A stretch of DNA of 64,000 bases from Candidatus Omnitrophota bacterium. GTDB lineage: Bacteria > Omnitrophota > Gorgyraeia > Duberdicusellales > 4484-171. Of the stretch, positions 57,001 to 64,000 are shown piece after piece (the stretch's first letter is position 1; each line of letters starts with the position of its first letter). The stretch lies in assembly GCA_021735655.1 (NCBI GenBank), contig JAIPGM010000009.1:1-64000 (forward strand), in the 5' to 3' direction. Both the position numbers and the translations under genes were made by a program. Under the pieces are notes generated by a model, which had not been told where the DNA came from, searched no databases, and saw only the letters and a list, made by a program, of their open reading frames with translations.

Positions 57001-60000
57001 GGCGTCAATAGCTACAGTTGCTAGAATATCACTGTCAGTTATTTCTAAACGATCATCAGCTACTAGCTCGGTTTCAGCTTCGATAGTGCTTTCAGAGATC
57101 TTCACATCGTCGCCGGAAGCTATATTAACTGTTGATTCAACAGTCTCACCGGTTACTTCGATCTTGTCATCGGCAGTGATATCGACCAGTGATTTAACCA
57201 AACTGCTGTTGATTATTACATCATTCCACCAGTTACTTGCATTGTTTACCACGATATCAATCAATGAGCCGATAGTTTTACCGCCGTCATTGGTGATCTC
57301 AACGTCATCTTCAGCTTCGATATTGACAGTGGCTTTGATGTCGCTGTCTTGGATTTCGACTCTTTCATCAGCGCTAATCCTAACTTCGGCCTTAACATCA
57401 CTAGAAGCAATCTTTACGTCCTCATCGGCACTCAAGTTTACTTCTGCAGTTAAGTCTTCACCGTCTAAGTCGATATTAGAATCTTCCAATTCGACTTTAG
57501 CCAATACTGTACTGCGTGTTACCTCTATATTGTTGTCAGCTTGGGCATTAACCGTTGCTTGGCCTTTTCCTTCTAAAATCGCCTCGACTGTACTGTCCTC
57601 TATTTTAATGTCATGATCAGCTTGTAAGTTAACTCTTGATTCACCATCAAGATAGTTAATCGCTCTAACCAAACTGTCATTCTTTACTATTAAATCATTA
57701 CCAGCAGTAATATTTACACTGGCTACGCCGGTGTCAGAAGGTGGATCGATTGCTCTAACAGTGCTGTTATCCACAGTCACATTGCCTAAATCGGAATGGA
57801 TACCAATATAGGCGCCACCATCAGATGAAGGGGCAAGTTTAGAAAAAGCGCTTACTAAGCTATCCTTGATCACTATATCATTATCGGCAAGTAAGTTAAT
57901 CCAGGCTGATGCACCAAGGGCCCTGGCGATAACATCACTTCTTAATAAACCGATTCTATTAGCATCGAATCTAATTCTTGATAGTCCACCAAGATTTAAC
58001 TCATTAGTAACTACCCTTGAGTCAATCACCCTAATATCATCATTAGCATCGAAGAAAATCCTGGCTAAGTAATTACCGAACGAATTAGCTCTAACTACGC
58101 TACCGTCTCTTAGACCGATGTTTTTACCAGCATGAAACTCAACATTTGCCGGACCATTATTAATTGAGGTAGCTGCAACTCGTGAGTTTGTTAAACCGAT
58201 ATTATCCCCAGCATCTATTGTAATAATTGCTGAGGCTACTCCATCAAGCACCTGGCTCAACAAATCGCTGTTGTTCAGAAATACATCACTAGCAGCATCA
58301 ATATCTATCTCAGCATGGCCGGTGTTTGACACTATTGCTTTCACTTCACTGTCATCGATTGTAATATCGCCATTCTCGGTCGAAATATCTACATAAGCAT
58401 TACCGTTCAAAACTGATGCTGTAATGTAGCTTGTGTCTATGGCAATGTTATCACCGGCAGATAGATCAACTGAAGCATCGCCGTCACCCTCAACGGTTGC
58501 ACTTACAGTGCTGTCAGTGATGGTTAAATCTCCATTCTCAAGTGTACCCGATGTAGGAGGAACAGGTTCGTAAGGAGTGGTCCAATCACCAGCTACCATT
58601 TTAACCGTAGCATTACCGTTTCCGGTTACATTAGAAGAAACTGTACTATTAGCAACACTAATGTTCTCACCTTCAGCAAAAACCTCTGCATTACCAGTAC
58701 CGGTTTGAGCTGAAACTGTACTTGAATCGTTTATATTAAGATCAGCGCCATGGAAAGTGCTGTTATACAAATCTGGATCAGGAAAATTTATCATAATCCC
58801 ATCTGCATGCAATCCGGCGCTAAGTTCAACATTGGCATCGCCGGTTCCTTGAGTGATTGCGCTAACTGTGCTGTCAACAACATCGATCCCCTGCCAAGCA
58901 CGGACAGTTGTTGTAGTATCACCATTGCCAGCTGTGAAAGCTCTGACTATGCTGTTGTTTTGTATTGCGGTATTGCCAGAAGTTCCAAAAAAGACTGTTG
59001 AATCTCCGTCATTACCAACAGTGGCTTCGATTGTACTGTTATCAACTGTTTGAGAGGCAATCGGCCCATGAGTAAGCAGTGAAACTTCAGCATCACCGTC
59101 ATTGCCAATAGCCGCTGAAACAGTACTATCTAAAACTTGTAACGGCCCAGCCGATCTTAAAACAACACTAGCGGTGCCATTTAAAGCTGAGGCCGAAATC
59201 AAACTCGGGTCTATAGTCAGAGTTCCGTCGGCAATCATATTTCCAGCAGTTAAATCAACTGAAGCATTGCCAGTGCCTACGACAGTAGAAGTAATATCAC
59301 TATCGGTTACAGTAACATTTGTACCAGCATCTACATCAATCGAAGCATCGCCATCAAGGCCAATTCTAGCTAAGATATCGCTATCGACTATCGAAACTAG
59401 ACCATTAGTTGCATTTGCAATAACTGTTGCATCTCCACCGCCGCGGACTCTTGAACGAATTAGGCTATTGTCCCTAATGGAGATTCCTCTTCCCGGTGTT
59501 GTTAAGCTAACTGAAGCATTTCCATTGCCATTAACCCAAGCATCAATGACGCTTGAGTCGTACACACTGATTCCATTGTCAGCATCAGCAGTAATCAAAG
59601 CATTTCCATCGCCCGCACGAAAAGCCTCAATAGTTCCATCTACAAAAAGAGTTCCACTGTTAACGTCTAAATTAATAACTGCATCATCAGCTGGACCAGA
59701 TCCAGTTGCCAAAACTGAATAAGCATAAGTATCTCCACCGGTAATAATATCGACTACACTCCCTAGAGCCTGGATATCCCAAAGATTTACACCGTCTAAC
59801 TCGTTAATCCATACATCGCCACCTAAAGCAATCGCTTGCCAGATATCATCTACGTTAGTGTCAATATGATCACCTGGGACACCAATAGTACCAGCTGCAT
59901 TCATGTAAAGATTTGGAGCTGTTAAATTAATGCGATTACCATTAGTATCGAGAATATCGCCTGCAGAACTAGTTAAACGAATATTATCGCCAGCATTAAT

Positions 60001-63000
60001 AACACCTAAAGAAATATTACCAACTGCATTAATATTAGCATCATGACCAGCCGTAACAGTGCTATTCGATACCACAACCTGACCATCAGCGTCAATATTT
60101 ACATCATAACCTGCGGTCATATCACTTGAACCATTCATGATAGTATCTCGACCGGTGACAACGTTAATACTTCCGTCAGAAAGTAACGCCGAGCTTTGGC
60201 TCATGATTAAATCCTGAGCTGCATAGATATCAACCAATCTGCCTGAGCGGATAGTTGAATTATTGTTCATAAGAACATCTCTCTGGGCATCTACGTCAAC
60301 CCAAGCTGTACCTAAAATATCTGCATTGTTAAACATCCTTAAGTCTGCATCAAGGTTTACATCAACAATTCTGGCTTCAATTGATGAGTTGTTATGCATA
60401 CCTAAACCAAAAGCGTCAATGCGTGCATTAGTGGCATTAATTGCTGAAGTATTATACATTCTCATAAGATTAGCCACATCAATCGTTACATTTGTACCTG
60501 AGATAGATGATCTATTATTCATTGTAAAATTATCTGGCCCTGCTCCATCACCTACGTTTACAAATATATCAGTTCCGGTAATCGAAGATGTGTTATTCAT
60601 CTCCATATAATCATCGGCTGAAACATTCACCGTAGCACCATGGATAAGAGCATCGCCGTTCATAGTTAAAGTATCATTGCCAGATCCATTGCCAGCTGAA
60701 ACATTAACTATACCGCGTGTGCCAATAGTGCCTGTATTGTGGACTAGATCGTTATCGGCATGTACATTAACTGTACCTGAGCCAAGGCTGATAACATCAG
60801 CGTTAACTGTCATATCAGCTCCGGGGCCAGAACCATTAGCTGCTAAACTAACATCACTATTTCCAACAACATCAGCATTAACTGTCATTGGCGAACCAGT
60901 AGTAATATCAATATTTCCACTACCAAAGTTCTTTACGGCATATCCCCATCCTGGCAAATCATTGAGGGCTATAGCACCCTTATTGCGAATAGTGATATCA
61001 CCGCTTGAATCAGGATCGCGTACCTGTGCGCTTAAACTGCCAATTCGAGTTTTCAAATCAATTGAAGTCTTTGCATCAAGTATCGCTGTATCAGAAATGA
61101 TGTTTGGCCCAAACCCACTATTACCTATAATAGAGCCGGTAAAGTTAAATGGATAAACATCGTAGCCCATTGTCAAAAGAATAACATCAGTTGCAATTAA
61201 TTGGTTAATCGCTAAGTCAGTTAGCTCATTTAAATTAATAAGCCCGCCAACGCGACCCTCTAAAGTTTCTATCTCGGTCTCGATTCCATTACCTAAACCA
61301 GCGAGACCAACATTACCGTCAACATCAAAGGCAAGTGTGTCAGCTACAATATCAGTGCCGATGTCGCCTGAGCCCTGCTCCTGCACATCACCTGAACTGA
61401 TTAGCTTAAATTTCAGCCCCGGCTGATCTAAATTATTAATTGTGATAGTTCCGGCGCTACTTGAACCGATATTGATAAAACCAGAAGTAATCAAATTGTA
61501 GATTTCATCATTAGAAAGCCTAAACTGACCATAAGCTAAATGTGCGGCTAGAGCAATTGTCTGAGCAGCGCTTGGGGCAATAGTAATATCTGCCGTGCCG
61601 GCATCTACGATACCGTCAACATTAATGTCATCAGCGCTTATGTAGACTTCTCCGTCAGTTGCTCCAGTTGTATCTATAACCGAACCATTTTGCAAATCAT
61701 AGAAACCAGTAGTATCACCATCGCTATCAGCTGAACCGGTAAAGCTTCCACCACCGGTGTAAACATCTCCACCAGAACTATGGATAATATCACCTACGGC
61801 AGCCAAAATTACATCTCCGCCGCCACTATTGATCAAAGCATTAACATAAAGGTTAGGATCATCAACTACGGCTATATCAATAAGTCCGTTGTTAGTAGTA
61901 ATCGCACCATCAAGCCATAAATCACCAGAGTTAATCAAACTGAAGCTATCTCCGTCAAATCCACCAAAATGCATTGCACCAGCATGATACATGGCGGCTC
62001 TTTGAGCAGTAATAGACATATTGTTTGATCTTAATTCAAGAGCACCATTTGTACCAAAACCGATATCACCACCGGCATTAAAATCTATGGTATTGGCTGA
62101 TATATCAAAGTTAGTAATACCACCTGCAACCTTATCAATTCCATCAACAGCATTGCCACTATCATAAGCATCATTGATATTTCCACCGGCCGTAACTGTT
62201 ACTGTTCCTAATGCAGGAATAGCTGAACCAGTAAAAGTACCATCAGTTGAAACCCTAGTAACATAAGCATCTTGGGCAGCAGTTAAGTCAATATCTCCGC
62301 CGTCAGTAACTACGCTGCCTGTTTGACTAATAGCCAAATCTCTTCCAGCATCAAGACCAACATTGCCAGCGCTTGAATCAACAGCAGCATTTACTGACAA
62401 ATCTCCATCAGCACCAGCTGCAGCTAAACTAATATCGCCCAAGGCTAAAACATCAGAATTTACTGTTAAAGGAGAAGCTGTAGAAATATCAACTGCTCCA
62501 CCGATATTATTAACACCACTACCGGCGATAGTTAGATCTCCAGTATTATCAATTTCTATATTTCCTGAAATCGTATTAAGAGCTTCTAAATTACTTACCT
62601 GTGTTTCTAAAGCATCGCCGGAACCGATTCCTTGAGCTGCAGAAATGCTTAAAGAATCAGCGGTGATATCAGGAGTAGTGGCACTATTAGCATCTACTAC
62701 TGCCCCATCACTTGAATTTATATTAACATTTACACCACTCAATCCAGTTGTAACTGTTGTTGAAGTGGCGCCTAAAGGATCGCTTCCTACCTCATAAGAT
62801 GCTTTTAACCACGCATCACTTCTGGCAACATTTGAAACCCTGACTTCATCAATCTGGCCTTCAGTTAAATAATTTGTATCACCCCAACCGCCAATCATAA
62901 AGTCGGTAGCAGTATCGACATCGCCTGATGAAGTTGCAAAACCAATATTGTCACCTGCGCCATCTACATACAAACTTCCTGAACCACCGCTACGAGCAAG

Positions 63001-64000
63001 CACAACATTATGCCAAGACCCATCAGCTATATTAACAGAACCATCGTCTGCATCGTTATTGATCCAGCTTCGAGCTTGACCATTATGATTTTCCAGGGTA
63101 TAGCCAGAACCTGCTCCAGGAGTAGCACCAGCCAAACCAATATAATCCTCTGACTGATTTCCCTTATACCAGGTTTCAATGGTAAAATCGCCTGTTCCTA
63201 AACCAAGACCATTCCCAATATCAATAAAGCTACTTCCATCAAAATCAGCTGCATTACCCATTTCTCCATCAACGAGGGTTGTACCGTTATTTGTTCCATC
63301 GTTACCGTTAGCTGTTGAATCATTGTAGTCATTCATATGATGAACCATTAGATAACCATTGCTCCAAACATCGGTTGAATCGTTTTCCGGTGCGCCATAA
63401 CTAGCGAAAGCAAAATTCTCGGAAGGTAAGTTTGTGTTATCGTCATGATACATTGAAAAAGTGGTAGTAAGGCTATCACTTACGCTATCTAATTTAACCC
63501 AAATAAAAGCTTCCTGAGTTCCACTGTTCCAACTTTCAATTTCGTAAGAAAGCACTTTTCCGTCAGGCCCGACAAAACGCACGTCAGAACCATCGACTTG
63601 AGCTTGAGAAAAATCAAAATTACTGCTATCTAATTTTATTAAAACTGGGAAATCGGTAAGGGTGGAGTCAATGAGGCTTGGGTCAATAGTAAAATTCTCT
63701 TTATAACGCCAAGCCGGAGCAATCATCACATCATTGGTCGCCTCGATATTAATATCCTTAGCCGAAGATATTGCCCGAACAGTTACGTCGTAACCGCTAA
63801 TATTAACGTCACCTGAAGTAATACTGGTTGTAATAATAAAACCGAAATCTTGGAAAAAGTCACCAGTACCATTACCATCATTATCGGCCCTAAAAGTTAA
63901 ACTTCCATCATTTCCAGTAATGTCGCCTTTAACGACTATGTGTTCATTATCAAGCCAGGTTTGATTACCGGTATAAGTACCGCCATATATATAGGTATGG
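54019..64000 (-). CDS. Giant extracellular or surface protein (at least 3,327 aa in the window; 5' end beyond the window) with DUF2341, a LamG-like domain and beta-solenoid or adhesin-like repeats
   Basis: The reading frame stays open from 63729 to the window edge at 64000 (verified codon by codon), so the protein's N-terminus lies outside the window. The DUF2341-like segment is APAWRYKENFTIDPS...VLIKLD...DGSDVRFV...YEIESW. A ConA/LamG-like block follows. Long Asp/Thr/Asn/Gly-rich periodic repeats follow that. The C-terminal tail ends in KKKKK. Confidence 0.85.
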   Translation of the reverse strand, partial: HTYIYGGTYTGNQTWLDNEHIVVKGDITGNDGSLTFRADNDGNGTGDFFQDFGFIITTSITSGDVNISGYDVTVRAISSAKDINIEATNDVMIAPAWRYKENFTIDPSLIDSTLTDFPVLIKLDSSNFDFSQAQVDGSDVRFVGPDGKVLSYEIESWNSGTQEAFIWVKLDSVSDSLTTTFSMYHDDNTNLPSENFAFASYGAPENDSTDVWSNGYLMVHHMNDYNDSTANGNDGTNNGTTLVDGEMGNAADFDGSSFIDIGNGLGLGTGDFTIETWYKGNQSEDYIGLAGATPGAGSGYTLENHNGQARSWINNDADDGSVNIADGSWHNVVLARSGGSGSLYVDGAGDNIGFATSSGDVDTATDFMIGGWGDTNYLTEGQIDEVRVSNVARSDAWLKASYEVGSDPLGATSTTVTTGLSGVNVNINSSDGAVVDANSATTPDITADSLSISAAQGIGSGDALETQVSNLEALNTISGNIEIDNTGDLTIAGSGVNNIGGAVDISTASPLTVNSDVLALGDISLAAAGADGDLSVNAAVDSSAGNVGLDAGRDLAISQTGSVVTDGGDIDLTAAQDAYVTRVSTDGTFTGSAIPALGTVTVTAGGNINDAYDSGNAVDGIDKVAGGITNFDISANTIDFNAGGDIGFGTNGALELRSNNMSITAQRAAMYHAGAMHFGGFDGDSFSLINSGDLWLDGAITTNNGLIDIAVVDDPNLYVNALINSGGGDVILAAVGDIIHSSGGDVYTGGGSFTGSADSDGDTTGFYDLQNGSVIDTTGATDGEVYISADDINVDGIVDAGTADITIAPSAAQTIALAAHLAYGQFRLSNDEIYNLITSGFINIGSSSAGTITINNLDQPGLKFKLISSGDVQEQGSGDIGTDIVADTLAFDVDGNVGLAGLGNGIETEIETLEGRVGGLINLNELTDLAINQLIATDVILLTMGYDVYPFNFTGSIIGNSGFGPNIISDTAILDAKTSIDLKTRIGSLSAQVRDPDSSGDITIRNKGAIALNDLPGWGYAVKNFGSGNIDITTGSPMTVNADVVGNSDVSLAANGSGPGADMTVNADVISLGSGTVNVHADNDLVHNTGTIGTRGIVNVSAGNGSGNDTLTMNGDALIHGATVNVSADDYMEMNNTSSITGTDIFVNVGDGAGPDNFTMNNRSSISGTNVTIDVANLMRMYNTSAINATNARIDAFGLGMHNNSSIEARIVDVNLDADLRMFNNADILGTAWVDVDAQRDVLMNNNSTIRSGRLVDIYAAQDLIMSQSSALLSDGSINVVTGRDTIMNGSSDMTAGYDVNIDADGQVVVSNSTVTAGHDANINAVGNISLGVINAGDNIRLTSSAGDILDTNGNRINLTAPNLYMNAAGTIGVPGDHIDTNVDDIWQAIALGGDVWINELDGVNLWDIQALGSVVDIITGGDTYAYSVLATGSGPADDAVINLDVNSGTLFVDGTIEAFRAGDGNALITADADNGISVYDSSVIDAWVNGNGNASVSLTTPGRGISIRDNSLIRSRVRGGGDATVIANATNGLVSIVDSDILARIGLDGDASIDVDAGTNVTVTDSDITSTVVGTGNASVDLTAGNMIADGTLTIDPSLISASALNGTASVVLRSAGPLQVLDSTVSAAIGNDGDAEVSLLTHGPIASQTVDNSTIEATVGNDGDSTVFFGTSGNTAIQNNSIVRAFTAGNGDTTTTVRAWQGIDVVDSTVSAITQGTGDANVELSAGLHADGIMINFPDPDLYNSTFHGADLNINDSSTVSAQTGTGNAEVFAEGENISVANSTVSSNVTGNGNATVKMVAGDWTTPYEPVPPTSGTLENGDLTITDSTVSATVEGDGDASVDLSAGDNIAIDTSYITASVLNGNAYVDISTENGDITIDDSEVKAIVSNTGHAEIDIDAASDVFLNNSDLLSQVLDGVASAIITIDAGDNIGLTNSRVAATSINNGPANVEFHAGKNIGLRDGSVVRANSFGNYLARIFFDANDDIRVIDSRVVTNELNLGGLSRIRFDANRIGLLRSDVIARALGASAWINLLADNDIVIKDSLVSAFSKLAPSSDGGAYIGIHSDLGNVTVDNSTVRAIDPPSDTGVASVNITAGNDLIVKNDSLVRAINYLDGESRVNLQADHDIKIEDSTVEAILEGKGQATVNAQADNNIEVTRSTVLAKVELEDSNIDLDGEDLTAEVNLSADEDVKIASSDVKAEVRISADERVEIQDSDIKATVNIEAEDDVEITNDGGKTIGSLIDIVVNNASNWWNDVIINSSLVKSLVDITADDKIEVTGETVESTVNIASGDDVKISESTIEAETELVADDRLEITDSDILATVAIDAEDDVEITEGETTVKAEIDLVAGGWSGDNDSNWSDLVIEDSTVKSLVDVTADDKIEVTDETIESEVTLKSSDDVKITDSTIEAELELVAQDRLQIESSDILATIEIEAQDDVEITNAEGETIKAEIDLVAGGWSGDNDSNWSDLVIEESTVKALVDVTAEDTIEVTGETIESEVTLKSSDDVKSIDSHIESEVELKADERMEIVNSNVLATVDIDAEDDVEITNGDDVDTVKSEIDLVVGGWDPEEGNWWNDLIIQDSTVKSTIDIEAGENIEVTDETIEAQVDIVSADDVKISSSTVKSEINLEADERVEIQDSDIKATVNIEAEDDIEVDTGHVEAYTDYGYALVGNDGDATVNLEAGDNTTITDSTLEALVGNDGDATINVLAANDITIDPSTLAASVVNDGDATVNLAADKGNIEVIESTVIASVGNDGDATILSVAGNSTTITDSTLEALVGNEGIALVDINTLNDVNISNSDITADVDGEGHAEIGVTAQDGEINVTNGSTILAQALSGSDTALVELFANLGVNITDSTVSAEMIGDGDARATLISGNGDVTLANSSISASVGGTGSSEVDIYAWEGNIYGDATSLVSADFAGLLARHNIGTSASPFMTAVDYLSAYSWDVGNIYVNELDSITLGTLTEDAGTLYGLSVAANNGIINVSSGGDMTVNSVIAPRGGVYLESRTGSIYAGTGWDPSGVQPDVTTGPDTVNDFARALPMDLTGTPWSTDGGIDVFSHYVVDPVSGPNVIAGSYSYFSTPEGTIGIGNAGVPVDADNFYNPLNVNIQAVDLDPSKWAVPAGFTPVAGLTLEIGGAAPGFTLAGPSGTLGVSGAIEGIVRPGVTAVTGVFPSPDIDLTNVTPPGYIFYDDTDTRGASPLFGPAAANLGPQQIWPDFLPEFDGAQFLASILRDSRTYYELMANYRFSTVTPVRSTDFYAYHPLTVTDESGFDGISLDSGAYEFIEQNINLKGTLAPYFGGKDDDEKKKKKATDL
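55930..57290 (-). repeat. Tandem repeats of about 330 nt (about 110 aa), 4-5 copies, inside the giant gene
   Basis: The protein unit ...NWWND/AGGWSGDNDSNWSDLVIE(D/E)STVK.LVDVTA.D.IEVT.ETIESEV... recurs. Stretches of about 68 nt are identical at 56030-56100 and 57300-57370. Confidence 0.7.

Noticed and set aside
55577-62635. Many plus-strand ORFs (55577..55981, 56261..56680, 56765..57616, 59102..59722, 60263..60610, 60677..61156 and others) encoding S/T/P/A-rich peptides
   Set aside because: They lie antisense inside the giant minus-strand gene. Their low-complexity compositions mirror the sense-strand repeats. They are shadow ORFs, not genes.
1-64000. CRISPR arrays, tRNA/rRNA genes, transposases and integrases
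   Set aside because: No regularly spaced direct repeats, no GTTCGAATC-type T-arm motifs and no IS-like ORFs were seen on either strand.

Overview
This is a 64-kb window from a low-GC (roughly 40% GC) bacterial genome. Gene content fits an anaerobe, possibly an uncultivated lineage. Essentially all real genes are on the minus strand, tightly packed, often with overlapping stop and start codons. Many ORFs use GTG or TTG starts, which I verified for several; the ORF track prints these as M. No rRNA, tRNA, CRISPR array or transposase was recognised.

Main blocks:
1. 369-13584: a roughly 23-gene co-directional block covering redox, Fe-S and metal functions. It contains CbiM, thioredoxin, IscU-like, a radical SAM enzyme, two MinD-family ATPases with 4Fe-4S inserts, two NifX/NifB-like FeMo-cofactor-domain proteins, a ferredoxin, two small proteins sharing an MPxxDGTGP motif, and an NADH-oxidase/CoA-disulfide-reductase-like flavoprotein. 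The block is headed by a Fur-family regulator. Two Fur-box-like operators are visible; one matches the E. coli consensus at 17 of 19 positions.
2. 14052-24173: membrane and transport genes (MFS, CorA, an RCK_C protein) plus glycoside hydrolases (GH15, GH13).
3. 24315-30235: the most unusual locus. An ArsR-type regulator with a perfect palindromic operator is followed by a LysW-like Zn-ribbon small protein with an acidic C-terminal tail, a KamA-family radical SAM aminomutase fused to a D-Ala-D-Ala-ligase-type ATP-grasp domain, an LD-carboxypeptidase (S66), and a second ATP-grasp enzyme. This is a candidate undescribed carrier-protein-linked beta-amino-acid or peptide pathway.
4. 30379-51699: housekeeping genes (DEAD-box helicase, Dus, GlnRS, split MetH, Fe-ADH), transporters (MMPL, ACR3, ZIP, UPF0016) and a lone pseudopilin.
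5. 51896-52175: an internally deleted ispH relic on the plus strand.
6. 54019 to beyond 64000: a giant surface protein of at least 3,300 aa, partial at the window edge. It has a DUF2341 domain, a LamG-like domain and beta-solenoid repeats, including near-identical 330-nt tandem DNA repeats.
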